A DNA stretch of 51,203 bases from sequence record DRR723986_5789; one strand, given 5' to 3'. Positions 1-10,150 of this stretch are shown piece by piece (position 1 is the stretch's first letter; each line of letters opens with the position of its first letter). Under the pieces are notes generated by a model. That model saw only the letters and a program-made list of their open reading frames with translations. It was not told the origin of the DNA and searched no databases. The translations under genes were made by a program, and so were the position numbers.

Positions 1-114
1 GGATTTGCCACAGCCGTTTGGCCCCACCACGCCCACCAGATTACTGGGCACGGCAAAGGACGTTGGTTCAACAAATGACTTAAAGCCAGCTAAACGTATG
101 TGAGTTAATCGCAC
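1..114 (-). CDS. smc: Chromosome segregation protein SMC, N-terminal part (runs off window start)
   Basis: Manual translation of the minus strand from GTG at 114: [38 protein letters not shown], the typical SMC N-terminus (GFKSF plus Walker A GPNGCGKS). Not in the ORF track because it is truncated. Confidence 0.93.
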   Translation of the reverse strand, partial: MRLTHIRLAGFKSFVEPTSFAVPSNLVGVVGPNGCGKS

Positions 115-297
115 GATGAAGTGGAAATGAGACCAATAGAACGAATAAAAACTTCAACCCACGGGAACTTGAAAACCCGCTGACCTTATAATAGCAAAGC
201 CTTTGCGCTTTACGCCGGCCCACCGCCCTTAGTTGGCATGATGATTGAGTTGTTTAACGCCACAAGGCCAAAGGCCTTGACGGCCCGAGAGAGAAGC

Positions 298-717
298 ATG
301 AGTAACAAACCCAGCCGTGATTTGCAGACTTTCCCGAATCCAAACCCGGATCGGCCCTACCACGTTCACATCGAAGTACCTGAATTTACTTGTCTTTGTC
401 CATTGACGGGGCAGCCTGACTTTGCCACCTTGGTGATTGACTACTTGCCTAATCAAAAGAATGTAGAGCTGAAAAGTCTGAAAATGTACATGTGGAGTTA
501 CCGCGAGGAAGGTGCCTTCCACGAGGCAGTAACCAACAAGATTCTGGATGATCTGGTGGCGGCAACAGACCCACGCTACATGAAATTAACCGCAAAATGG
601 TATGTTCGGGGCGGCGTATACACCACGGTTGTGGCTGAACATCGTCACGCTGGCTTTCAGCCTCTGCCAAAAGTTGAACTGGACTCCATTTCGACCATGA
701 ATCCGACTCGTGGTTAA
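298..717 (+). CDS. queF: NADPH-dependent preQ0 reductase QueF, short unimodular (type I) form
   Basis: [27 protein letters not shown] and RGG motifs. ATG at 298 after GAGAGAAG preferred over the ORF-track start at 238. Confidence 0.92.
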   Translation: MSNKPSRDLQTFPNPNPDRPYHVHIEVPEFTCLCPLTGQPDFATLVIDYLPNQKNVELKSLKMYMWSYREEGAFHEAVTNKILDDLVAATDPRYMKLTAKWYVRGGVYTTVVAEHRHAGFQPLPKVELDSISTMNPTRG

Positions 718-729
718 ACAGCAATTCCG

Positions 730-1914
730 GTGAACCGATTGAAAAATCTCGACAAACTTCAGCCTTATCCTTTTGAACGCCTCAGGGCCCTGTTCATGGA
801 CGCCCAGCACACGGGCGGCTTGACACACATCAACCTGTCCATCGGTGAACCAAAGCATCCTACACCCGAATTGATCAAACAAGCCTTGATCGACAATCTT
901 GATGGCCTGGCGGTTTACCCGGGCACACAAGGTCTGCCTGTGTTGAGAAAAGCGATATCAGACTGGATACTGCGCCGTTTTGACGCGTTAATCGACCCAG
1001 ATACTCAGGTTTTGCCAATCCTGGGCTCTCGCGAGGCCTTGTTCTCTTTCGCGCAGGTCGTGTTGGACGGCTGTGAGGTTGGTAGCCACGTTGTTTTTCC
1101 CAATCCTTTCTATCAAATATACGAGGGAGCCACTTTTTTAGGTGGTGCAGAACCAGTATTCGTCAATATTGACCCCACCAGCGGACTTTCTGATTTTCAT
1201 GCGCTCAGCCCCGACGTTTTGGCCAAAACAAAGCTGATGTACGTATGTTCACCCAACAACCCTACAGGTTCGGTGTATTCGCTGGAGGATTGGCAAAAAC
1301 TCTTCGATTTGGCGGACGAATACAATATCGTGATTGCCTCGGATGAGTGCTATTCAGAAATTTACCTCGATGGAACCGCTGCGCCTATTGGTGGGCTTGA
1401 GGCAGCGAGCCGTTTGGGAAGGTCGGATTACAATAATCTGATTGTATTCTCCAGTTTATCCAAGCGATCCAATGCGCCGGGGCTTCGCTCTGGCTATGTG
1501 GCTGGCGATGCCGAACTGATCAAATCATTTCTTCGCTACCGCACCTACCACGGCTCAGCCATGTCGACCACCATTCAAATGGCAAGCTTGGCTGCCTGGA
1601 ACGACGAAGCACATGTGGCAGAAAACAGGCGCTTGTACTCCGAGAAGTTCAAATCCTTTAGCGCTATTCTTGAAGGCAAACTCAAGCTACATATTCCGCC
1701 CGCAGGCTTTTATTTTTGGGCTGATGTGAATCAAAGCGACACCGCATTTGCCAAAAGGCTGTTTGAGCAGGCGCATGTTACCCTGTTGCCCGGAAGTTAT
1801 CTGGGCCGCGAGGTAAATGGTCTCAACCCGGGCAGTAACCATGTGCGAATCGCCCTGGTGGCCAGCCTTGCTGAATGCAACGAAGCAGCAAACCGAATCA
1901 AAAATATTCTCTGA
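730..1914 (+). CDS. dapC: N-succinyldiaminopimelate aminotransferase (PLP class I)
   Basis: [10 protein letters not shown]-terminus, [35 protein letters not shown]-lysine motif, YRTYHGSAM. Directly upstream of dapD. Confidence 0.92.
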   Translation: MNRLKNLDKLQPYPFERLRALFMDAQHTGGLTHINLSIGEPKHPTPELIKQALIDNLDGLAVYPGTQGLPVLRKAISDWILRRFDALIDPDTQVLPILGSREALFSFAQVVLDGCEVGSHVVFPNPFYQIYEGATFLGGAEPVFVNIDPTSGLSDFHALSPDVLAKTKLMYVCSPNNPTGSVYSLEDWQKLFDLADEYNIVIASDECYSEIYLDGTAAPIGGLEAASRLGRSDYNNLIVFSSLSKRSNAPGLRSGYVAGDAELIKSFLRYRTYHGSAMSTTIQMASLAAWNDEAHVAENRRLYSEKFKSFSAILEGKLKLHIPPAGFYFWADVNQSDTAFAKRLFEQAHVTLLPGSYLGREVNGLNPGSNHVRIALVASLAECNEAANRIKNIL

Positions 1915-1928
1915 CACAGGAAATCACC

Positions 1929-2759
1929 ATGACAACAAATCATCAATCCATTATCGAAGCCGCTTGGGAAAACCGTGCAGACATTTCCCCTTCATCTGCC
2001 CCCGCTGACGTTCGCGCCGCCGTGGGCGACGTTCTTGAAAAGCTGAACAGCGGTGAATTGCGTGTTTGTTCCAAGGACAGTGGCGAATGGGTCACACACC
2101 AATGGATCAAGAAAGCCGTGCTGCTTTCCTTCCGCCTTGAAGACAACAAGCCGATGGCAGCTGGTGGATTTACCCAGTTTTACGACAAGGTGCCTACCAA
2201 GTTTGTGGATTACACCGAGGACGACTTCAAGAAAGGTGGCTTCCGTGTAGTACCGCCTGCCGTGGCCCGCCGAGGAAGCTTTATTGCCAAAAACGTGGTG
2301 CTAATGCCCAGCTACGTCAACATTGGAGCCTATGTGGACGAAGGCACCATGGTCGACACGTGGGCTACTGTGGGCTCGTGCGCGCAAATCGGAAAAAACG
2401 TTCACCTCAGCGGTGGCGTGGGTATTGGTGGTGTGTTGGAACCCCTGCAGGCCAACCCCACTATCATCGAAGACAATTGCTTCATTGGCGCACGTTCCGA
2501 GGTTGTTGAAGGGGTGATTGTTGAAGAAAACTCGGTCATTTCTATGGGTGTGTACATCGGCCAGAGCACCAAAATTTACAACCGCGAAACGGGTGAGGTG
2601 ACGTACGGACGAATTCCCGCCGGGTCAGTGGTGGTGAGTGGTTCATTGCCCAGCGCCTGCGGAAAGTACAGTTTGTACTGCGCAGTCATCGTCAAGCGCG
2701 TGGATGCGAAAACACGCGCCAAAACTGGTATCAATGAACTGCTGCGCAATGCAGAGTAA
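1929..2759 (+). CDS. dapD: Tetrahydrodipicolinate N-succinyltransferase
   Basis: [16 protein letters not shown], hexapeptide repeats ([32 protein letters not shown]) and [10 protein letters not shown]-terminus. ATG 1929 follows CAGGAAA. Confidence 0.96.
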   Translation: MTTNHQSIIEAAWENRADISPSSAPADVRAAVGDVLEKLNSGELRVCSKDSGEWVTHQWIKKAVLLSFRLEDNKPMAAGGFTQFYDKVPTKFVDYTEDDFKKGGFRVVPPAVARRGSFIAKNVVLMPSYVNIGAYVDEGTMVDTWATVGSCAQIGKNVHLSGGVGIGGVLEPLQANPTIIEDNCFIGARSEVVEGVIVEENSVISMGVYIGQSTKIYNRETGEVTYGRIPAGSVVVSGSLPSACGKYSLYCAVIVKRVDAKTRAKTGINELLRNAE

Positions 2760-2774
2760 GGGGAAGCCGACAGG

Positions 2775-3119
2775 ATGACAGCCAAAGTATATGGAATTCC
2801 AAATTGCGACAGCGTGAAAAAAGCCATCGCTTCGCTGAAGAGCAATGACATTGAAATTGTTTTTCACGACTTCAAGAAGCATGGCGTACCCGCGCAATTG
2901 CTCGATGAATGGATAAGTGCCTTTGGACTGGACAAAGTCGTCAACCGAAAGGGCACCACTTGGCGCAGCCTGGATGAAAGCCTGCAAGGCAAAGCCAAGT
3001 CGACCGAGGGTGCCAAGGCTCTTCTGTTGGAATACCCCAGCATTATTAAACGCCCGGTCGTCGAGTTAAATGGCGTCCTTAGTATTGGGCAAACCGATTT
3101 CAGCAAAGGCAATTCATGA
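2775..3119 (+). CDS. ArsC/Spx (YffB-like) family protein
   Basis: YGIPNCDSVKKA, NRKGTTWR and PSIIKRPV motifs. Typical position after dapD. Confidence 0.88.
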   Translation: MTAKVYGIPNCDSVKKAIASLKSNDIEIVFHDFKKHGVPAQLLDEWISAFGLDKVVNRKGTTWRSLDESLQGKAKSTEGAKALLLEYPSIIKRPVVELNGVLSIGQTDFSKGNS

Positions 3120-4030
3120 ATCAGGAACACACCGCACACATGGCAGTCGACCCCAAAGAACTTCATACGGTTCGCGACTGGGTGCGGTTTTACGTCAGTG
3201 AAATGCGCCGTGGACAAGTGTATTTTGGTCACGGGTCAAGCAATGCATTTGACGAAGCGATTTACATGGTGCAGTCCGCGCTTAGTTTACCGATTGGCGA
3301 CATTGGACCGTTTTGGGATGCACGGGTTACCAGCCACGAAACCAACCGGTTGACCCGTTTCATTACACAACGTGTAGTCGATCGCAAACCCGCCAGTTAC
3401 ATCACAGGCGAAGCATGGCTGCAAGGCCATTCATTCAAGGTTGACGAGCGGGTCATCATCCCACGCTCCTTCATTGCTGAACTGCTGGCAGACCAATTAA
3501 CACCGTGGGTGAATGCCCCTGAAATGCCCTTCGATATTCTTGATATGTGCACAGGCTCTGGTTGTCTGGCTATTTTGGCAGCGTATATGTTCGAGAATGC
3601 GCAGGTCGATGCCGTCGACTTGTCTGCTGAGGCATTGAAGGTTGCACGAGAAAACATTCAACTGCACGACATGAAACAGCGAGTGCACGCCATTGAATCC
3701 GATTTATTTTCGAATTTGGATGGCAAACAATACGACTTCATCCTCACGAATCCGCCTTATGTCAACGAGGCTTCCATGAAAAAACTGCCGCCGGAGTACC
3801 TGCACGAACCGCGGATGGCTCTGGCTGGTGGCGACAGCGGCATGGACCTGATTCATGACATTCTTGAACAAGCCCCCCAACACCTGAAAGACGGTGGTTT
3901 TCTGGTGGTTGAACTTGGCAATGAGAAACTGCACTTCGAGGCTGCCTTCCCGCATTTAAATCCCATTTGGCTTGAAACCTCGGCAGGTGACGAACAAGTG
4001 TTTTTGCTCAACAAAGAAGACTTGGTCTAA
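3116..4030 (+). CDS. prmB: 50S ribosomal protein L3 N5-glutamine methyltransferase
   Basis: FGHGSSNAFDEA, VDERVIIPRSFIAE, LDMCTGSGCLA SAM motif, NPPYV and EYLHEP. Confidence 0.93.
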   Translation: MNQEHTAHMAVDPKELHTVRDWVRFYVSEMRRGQVYFGHGSSNAFDEAIYMVQSALSLPIGDIGPFWDARVTSHETNRLTRFITQRVVDRKPASYITGEAWLQGHSFKVDERVIIPRSFIAELLADQLTPWVNAPEMPFDILDMCTGSGCLAILAAYMFENAQVDAVDLSAEALKVARENIQLHDMKQRVHAIESDLFSNLDGKQYDFILTNPPYVNEASMKKLPPEYLHEPRMALAGGDSGMDLIHDILEQAPQHLKDGGFLVVELGNEKLHFEAAFPHLNPIWLETSAGDEQVFLLNKEDLV

Positions 4031-4039
4031 CCCTATTCA

Positions 4040-5962
4040 ATGATTCAAATTAACAATCTCAGTATTGCGCGGGGCAGCAAACCCATTCTAACCAATGCTG
4101 AACTCACACTGTTTCCCGGAGAAAAAGTTGGTTTGATTGGTCACAATGGTGCCGGCAAGTCCAGTTTTCTTAGCGCCCTCCTCGGCGAACTTCACATTGA
4201 CCAGGGCAGTATTGATCTACCCAAGGTTTGGCGTCTCTCCTGGATCGATCAAGAGGTCACAGCCAATCATCTCAGCGTGATCGATTTTGCACTCGAGGGT
4301 GACCGTGCTTTGCACGAAGTTCGTCAGAAAATACACGCCGTCGAAGAACATGGCGACATGGAACAACTTGGCCACCTGTACGAAGAACTAGAGAATCTGG
4401 ACGGTTACACCGCAGAAGCCCGAGTAGCAACTATCCTTCACGGCTTGGGTTTTAAAACCGAAGACTTGCAACGCAAAGTCGGAGAATTTTCTGGTGGTTG
4501 GAAGATGCGCCTGAACCTGGCCAAAGTGCTGGGCTCGAGGGCCGATCTTATTTTGCTGGATGAGCCTACCAACCATCTCGACATCGAGGCTGTAGTGTGG
4601 TTGGAGCAGTGGATCAAGCAAGTCAACAGCACGGTAATTCTGGTTTCCCATGATCGAGACTTTCTCGATGAGGTATGCACCCACACAGTACACCTTAATA
4701 GCGAAAAACTGACCAAGTACACGGGTGGTTATTCTGCGTTTGAGCGAGCTTTTGCCGAGCGTGCAGATCAGGTTAGCCAGGCCAATAAAAAAGCCGCTGG
4801 TGAAATGGAAAAGCTGCAAAAATTTGTAGATCGTTTCAAAGCGAAGGCCAGCAAGGCCAAGCAGGCCCAGAGCCGTGTGAAAAGGTTAGAAAAAATCAAG
4901 TTGATTGAAACCCTGCAAGTCGAACCACATGTCGCCATTCCGTTTATGGAACCGCACAAGAGCCCAGACCCATTGGTGGTGCTGAATCGAAGTGATTGTG
5001 GCTATGAAGGCGCAGCACCCATTCTAAAAAACATCAGTCTTGAACTTCGTCCCGGCGACCGAATCGGTCTGCTGGGTGCAAACGGCAATGGCAAAACCAC
5101 CTTGGTTAAAACCTTGGTCGGCGAGTTGGAGATGTTGGGTGGAGATCGGGTTGAGGGCAAAGGGCTGGTGTACGGTTACTTTGCTCAAGATCAAATTGAA
5201 TCATTGGACATGAATGCCACGCCATTGCAGCACATGTCTCGCCTCGAACGACAAATTTCGGAACAGAAGGCGCGGGAGTTCCTCGCACGCTATCACTTTA
5301 GAGACGATAAAGTGCGGCAATTGGTGGGCAGTTTTTCAGGTGGTGAAAAGTCTCGTCTGGCTTTGGCCCTTTTGGCTTACAAACGCCCCAACCTGCTCTT
5401 GCTGGATGAACCCACCAACCACTTGGACATAGCCACTCGCCAGGCCTTGGCTAGCAGCCTGCTTGAATTTGAGGGTGCTTTGGTCATGGTGTCTCACGAC
5501 CGCCACTTGCTGGAATCAATCACCGACCGTTTTTGGCGCGTTCACCAAGGTGCAGTGACCGAGTTTGATGGAGACCTCGATGATTATGCCGAGCTGCTTC
5601 GCAAAGAGACCAGCACAGAAACCCGCAATGCAAAACTATCCAATCCGAACAACAAATCAGCCACGACGGTTTCAGCACCCATCGACAGGCAGGCTGTGAG
5701 CCAGCGAATCAAACAGTTGGGTAATCAGATTAAAAAACTAGAGAAGCAAATTGAAATTGATCAGCCCAAATTGATCAAACTGGATGAGGCTTTGGCCAAA
5801 TGCGACTATAGCAAACCCGAAGATTCAAAAAAAGCGGCTGAATTCCACAATGAACGCAATTTGCTCGGCACTCGACTTGAAATCGCCGAGACTGAACTGT
5901 TGGAACTGATGCTTGAAATCGAACAGCTGGAGGAATCCCTTGGCGTTGCAAAAACAAACTAG
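4040..5962 (+). CDS. ABC-F family ATPase (YheS-like)
   Basis: Two ABC domains (GHNGAGKS/FSGGWKMR/LLDEPTNHLD and GANGNGKT/FSGGEKSR/LLDEPTNHLD), no TM segments, RFKAKASKAKQAQSR linker and C-terminal coiled coil. Confidence 0.92.
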   Translation: MIQINNLSIARGSKPILTNAELTLFPGEKVGLIGHNGAGKSSFLSALLGELHIDQGSIDLPKVWRLSWIDQEVTANHLSVIDFALEGDRALHEVRQKIHAVEEHGDMEQLGHLYEELENLDGYTAEARVATILHGLGFKTEDLQRKVGEFSGGWKMRLNLAKVLGSRADLILLDEPTNHLDIEAVVWLEQWIKQVNSTVILVSHDRDFLDEVCTHTVHLNSEKLTKYTGGYSAFERAFAERADQVSQANKKAAGEMEKLQKFVDRFKAKASKAKQAQSRVKRLEKIKLIETLQVEPHVAIPFMEPHKSPDPLVVLNRSDCGYEGAAPILKNISLELRPGDRIGLLGANGNGKTTLVKTLVGELEMLGGDRVEGKGLVYGYFAQDQIESLDMNATPLQHMSRLERQISEQKAREFLARYHFRDDKVRQLVGSFSGGEKSRLALALLAYKRPNLLLLDEPTNHLDIATRQALASSLLEFEGALVMVSHDRHLLESITDRFWRVHQGAVTEFDGDLDDYAELLRKETSTETRNAKLSNPNNKSATTVSAPIDRQAVSQRIKQLGNQIKKLEKQIEIDQPKLIKLDEALAKCDYSKPEDSKKAAEFHNERNLLGTRLEIAETELLELMLEIEQLEESLGVAKTN

Positions 5963-5968
5963 TGATTG

Positions 5969-7585
5969 CTAATCCAGAATTCCCTCTTCGCTGAGAAATT
6001 CACGCCAGGCGTTTGAATTGAAGCAAAGTGATACATTAACAACCTGGGTGTTCAAATTCACCAGGTTATCGCGGAGTATCTGGCGCTTTTCAGCGCCCGC
6101 TATCTCACACATTTTTGCTCGAACATGACTCTTAACAACATCAGGCACGCACAAAATTGGCTTGAATTCCGTGTCACGCAAGCGATCTCCCAGAACTTGC
6201 TCCAGTAATTCCTGTGTGGCTTGTGCTGGGGTCAGCTGACCCTGTTTTGCATCCTGGAAAGCCAATTCAATCAGACCAATTTGACTTCGCAGCAACAAAG
6301 CGTCGAGCGTTCGATGCATTTCAAGTGATCTGTTTCTCGACTCCACCAGCCGCAAATAAGAGGCAGGCAGAGTCCAGCTTGGAATGTCTGCCCGGTTAAT
6401 CAACTCGAGACTGACTTTGAGGGACGGGCGATAAGCAGGGTTGTGATCATCCGTGTGTGCATCGCGAACGGATGCTTGCAACTCTTCATCAAAGTTCTTG
6501 TCGTCATTCCCAATCAATGACTCCAAAACCCGATTGCTGCTAATTGACATTGCAGACGGCTCAGTTGAAAACGCCATGACATGCTCGCGGCTGATTGCAG
6601 CCACATCCTGAGGCTCCGAAATGACGGCCTGATCAACGTTGTGCACCTGCGCAGTTTGCCATGGTACAGCAGCCGTTTTTTTGCGAGAATGCCTCCAGTA
6701 GAAAAGTAAAGTCATCGTCAACAGAGCCAAAGACCCAAGCGCTACAGGTAACAACAAATCCTGTTGTAAATGATGAACCGCACTTTCACTGCTGTATTCC
6801 ACCATACCGAGCCCGCCGGAAGTATCACCGCTTCCTTTTCGGCTTTCTATTAATCCGGCGCCCAACAAACCAGTATCCAGCGATGCTACTTTCAACGCTT
6901 CATCATGGCTGCTCACAGGTTCGGTCTGAGTTATAGGGGCCGAATTGGCGACGTCAAGTCCCTCTTGCTTCATATGACTTGGAAATTCTTCGTCTTGATG
7001 CCACCAGGCTGGATTTGACTCGACCTTGGGTTGCGGTGGTTTCCTGGAACTGGCCAGCAACGCTGACATTCTTGGGTCGAAAGCAGACACTGAGCCAACT
7101 TCGTTCAAATCGGATAAAGCGTTGTGATCTTCAGCACCTTGTCTCAGGATTAATGTCCATGTTGTCCTGAACACCAGCAAAGGACACTCCGACACCAACT
7201 CCATTTCAACCACAGCATCATTCACCGGTGCCACAGATTTGAACTCAAGAAGCCCTCCCCGACGAATCGTCGGTTCAAAGCTCACCAACACTTCACGAGA
7301 TGACTGGGTCTCATGATTGCCCCGGATGCCTTCGAATGGACTCGTTCGCGCTTTTAAACAGGTCGATCGCAATTGTGTTTCAACACCTTCAGGCAGATTG
7401 CTGACCGTACTTTTCAGGTGAAGGGTTTGGCCGATTTCCTGTATTCCCTTGGGTGTCGATATTTCGAGACTCAAAACTGGCAGAGAGACAAGCGCCAACC
7501 AGGCACCGAGAACAGCACGCACCGACCGGTACATTATTTGAGTGGCTTTGGTCCAGATAATCGGCATGTCAAAATCTCGGTTCAA
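5969..7585 (-). CDS. Hypothetical single-pass membrane protein with a FimV-like N-terminal periplasmic domain; start uncertain (7585, 7567 or later)
   Basis: Signal-like hydrophobic N-terminus. Segment KSVAPVNDAVVEMELVSECPLLVFRTTWTLIL resembles the FimV N-domain by eye. Low-complexity linker, TM helix LLLPVALGSLALLTMTLLFYW then RHSRKK. Confidence 0.55.
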   Translation of the reverse strand: MNRDFDMPIIWTKATQIMYRSVRAVLGAWLALVSLPVLSLEISTPKGIQEIGQTLHLKSTVSNLPEGVETQLRSTCLKARTSPFEGIRGNHETQSSREVLVSFEPTIRRGGLLEFKSVAPVNDAVVEMELVSECPLLVFRTTWTLILRQGAEDHNALSDLNEVGSVSAFDPRMSALLASSRKPPQPKVESNPAWWHQDEEFPSHMKQEGLDVANSAPITQTEPVSSHDEALKVASLDTGLLGAGLIESRKGSGDTSGGLGMVEYSSESAVHHLQQDLLLPVALGSLALLTMTLLFYWRHSRKKTAAVPWQTAQVHNVDQAVISEPQDVAAISREHVMAFSTEPSAMSISSNRVLESLIGNDDKNFDEELQASVRDAHTDDHNPAYRPSLKVSLELINRADIPSWTLPASYLRLVESRNRSLEMHRTLDALLLRSQIGLIELAFQDAKQGQLTPAQATQELLEQVLGDRLRDTEFKPILCVPDVVKSHVRAKMCEIAGAEKRQILRDNLVNLNTQVVNVSLCFNSNAWREFLSEEGILD

Positions 7586-7672
7586 TTGTTCCAGTGAGCA
7601 TTAGCATACGCATGGCAAGATTGAGTGAGGTATCCTTGAAATGACCTAACACGAAGGTGTTAGCCCAATTGC

Positions 7673-8335
7673 ATGACAGGAGAGCGTCGATTGAACACTG
7701 CGCAGAATGAACCGATTCAGGTGTATACCTGGACAACTCCCAACGGCTACAAAATTCACATCGCTTGTGAGGAAATGGGCCTTGCGTGGAAACCTATCGC
7801 TGTGGATATCGGCAAGGGTGATCAATTCAAGCCCGATTTTCTGAAATTCAGTCCCAACAATAAAATACCTGCAATTATCGATCCCCACGGCCCTGACGGC
7901 GCTCCGTTCGAGCTCTTCGAAAGTGGGGCCATTCTGATTTATCTGGCAGAGAAAACCGGTCAGTTTTTCGGCAATAGTTATCGTGAGCGTCTATCGATTA
8001 TTCAATGGCTGATGTTTCAAATGGGTGGGGTAGGCCCAATGTTGGGGCAAGCACATCACTTTCGGATTTACGCGCCTGAACCAATTGAATATGCTATTAA
8101 CCGGTATACCAATGAGGCCAAAAGGCTATACCAAGTAATCAACAAGCAGCTCAATAATTGCCCTTACATCGCTGGAGAAAATTATTCAATTGCTGACATG
8201 GCGTTGTATCCCTGGGTTTATCGCTGGCAGCGCCAGGGAATTGAGTTAAGTGACTATCCCGCAGTGCACAAATGGTATGAAGAATTAAGTGCCCGGCCAG
8301 CTGTTATCAAAGCCTTGAGTGTAAATCTAGAATGA
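7673..8335 (+). CDS. Glutathione S-transferase, YfcG/Nu-class; probable start TTG 7691
   Basis: TTPNGYK, SPNNKIPAI, LFESGAILIYLAEK, QWLMFQMGGVGPMLGQAHHF and YSIAD motifs. Confidence 0.9.
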   Translation: MTGERRLNTAQNEPIQVYTWTTPNGYKIHIACEEMGLAWKPIAVDIGKGDQFKPDFLKFSPNNKIPAIIDPHGPDGAPFELFESGAILIYLAEKTGQFFGNSYRERLSIIQWLMFQMGGVGPMLGQAHHFRIYAPEPIEYAINRYTNEAKRLYQVINKQLNNCPYIAGENYSIADMALYPWVYRWQRQGIELSDYPAVHKWYEELSARPAVIKALSVNLE

Positions 8336-8411
8336 GTGTTCTTATCAATCTGTAAACTGTTCAGTACACTACGGTCAATTTTATAAAAATAGAAATTTGG
8401 GAGACCTCTTT

Positions 8412-10091
8412 ATGGCGAATATCGCCACTTTCTTGTTTCAACACGACGACACCCCCAATCGCGTGTTGTACCGTCAGTTTATCGACAACGAGTGGGTTGA
8501 TTTCAAAGCGCGGGAAATGATTGACCTCGCGCGTTCCTGGCAAGCCTTTTTCCGGTCCATGGGCTTGCAGCCTGGCGACAGAGTCGCCATTTGCTTGAAA
8601 AACAGCGTTCACTGGGTCGCATTTGATCAAGCCGCAGTGGCCATGGGACTGGTGTCAGTGCCGCTTTATGTCGATGACAATGCCAGTAACATCGCCTATT
8701 GCATTCAGGATTCAGGATCGAGAGCCGTGGTTGTGGAGAACGACCGCATTGCCCGGAACCTGTTGAAAGAGAATCTAAAAGATGTCCGGATTTTATCCAT
8801 CAAGTCGGACATCGAGAAAGAGGCCGATGGCGTAGAAAACGCAAATCATGTGCTGAAAGGTCTGGACAAGAAACTGGAGCCTTTTGAATTGCTTGACCTC
8901 GAGCAAAACACGCTTGCAACAATTTGCTACACCTCCGGTACCTCGGGTCGCCCCAAAGGCGTGATGTTGTCTCATAAAAACGTGATTGCCAACGTAGACA
9001 GTTGTTTCCAGCTGGATATTGCGAAACCCGAAGACGTATTCTTGTCTTTTTTGCCAATGTCTCACATGTTCGAGCGCACGGGAGGTTATTACCTGCCCTT
9101 GCGTGTAGGCGCAAAGGTTATTTATGCGCGCGGCATCAATCAATTGCCTGAAGACCTGGCGACCCAAGCCCCAACGGTGCTGTTCGCTGTTCCGCGCATT
9201 TTCGAAAAGTTTTATGGGCGTATTCAGGCTTCCGTCAAAGATTCTCGATTCAAGAGAAAGGCATTTGAGAAACTGGTCGATGTGGGTTGGCGGATGGAAC
9301 AAGGCAAAGGAGGCATTGTTGATCATTTCCAGCTTCCCCTTTTGCGCGCCAAAGTGGCGCAACCCATTTTGGAGAGGTTGGGTGGTCGACTGCGTTTGGC
9401 CGTAGTGGGCGGTGCCGCACTCGACAGCACAATTGCCAAATCATTTATCGCCATGGGGCTTCCCATTCTTCATGGCTACGGCATGACTGAAGCATGCCCG
9501 GTCATTTCAGTGAACCGTCCAGAAGGCAACGTACCCGAATCCGTTGGACCGGCCTTGCCCAATGTCGAGGTTATGCTGGGTGAACAGGACGAATTGTTGG
9601 CTCGTGGCCCCAACATCATGTTGGGGTATTGGCAAAATGAAGAGGCCACCAAAACTGCCATTGATGCAGACGGTTGGTTGCACACGGGCGATGTAGCCGA
9701 GATCAAGGACAAACGAATTTATATTCGTGGCCGAATTAAAGACATTATGGTTCTATCCAACGGGGAAAAGTTTTCTCCTCAAGACGCAGAAATGGCAATC
9801 ATTGGCGACGATGTCTTTGAGCAAATTGTTCTGATCGGTGAGGGGCGTCCTTTTATTGGGATGATCGCTGTGACCGCAAATTCCAACGAGAAGGAGCTGA
9901 TCAAACGGGCCAATGAGCGTCTACAGCATTTGCCTCGCTACATTCGTGTTCGTCGAATTATCACAACCAAAGAACCGTGGACGGTCGATAATGGCCTTCT
10001 AACCCCTACCCTGAAGGTGAAGCGTTTGAAGGTGATTGAGGCGTTTAAGGATCGAATCAACGATCTTTATGCAGAGGGTATGGGAGATTGA
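8412..10091 (+). CDS. Long-chain fatty acid-CoA ligase (AMP-binding, FadD15/FAA1-like)
   Basis: YTSGTSGRPKG, GYGMTE, GWLHTGD and LLTPTLKVKR motifs. ATG 8412 after GGGAG. Confidence 0.9.
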   Translation: MANIATFLFQHDDTPNRVLYRQFIDNEWVDFKAREMIDLARSWQAFFRSMGLQPGDRVAICLKNSVHWVAFDQAAVAMGLVSVPLYVDDNASNIAYCIQDSGSRAVVVENDRIARNLLKENLKDVRILSIKSDIEKEADGVENANHVLKGLDKKLEPFELLDLEQNTLATICYTSGTSGRPKGVMLSHKNVIANVDSCFQLDIAKPEDVFLSFLPMSHMFERTGGYYLPLRVGAKVIYARGINQLPEDLATQAPTVLFAVPRIFEKFYGRIQASVKDSRFKRKAFEKLVDVGWRMEQGKGGIVDHFQLPLLRAKVAQPILERLGGRLRLAVVGGAALDSTIAKSFIAMGLPILHGYGMTEACPVISVNRPEGNVPESVGPALPNVEVMLGEQDELLARGPNIMLGYWQNEEATKTAIDADGWLHTGDVAEIKDKRIYIRGRIKDIMVLSNGEKFSPQDAEMAIIGDDVFEQIVLIGEGRPFIGMIAVTANSNEKELIKRANERLQHLPRYIRVRRIITTKEPWTVDNGLLTPTLKVKRLKVIEAFKDRINDLYAEGMGD

Positions 10092-10118
10092 TTGAAAGTC
10101 CCTGCCCGAGACTTGATA

Positions 10119-10150
10119 CAAAAAAGCCCACTTCGCAGTGGGCTTTCTTT
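10119..10150. terminator. Bidirectional intrinsic terminator between the acyl-CoA ligase and NYN genes
   Basis: AAAAAAGCCCAC-TTCGCA-GTGGGCTTTCTTT between convergent genes. Confidence 0.8.
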
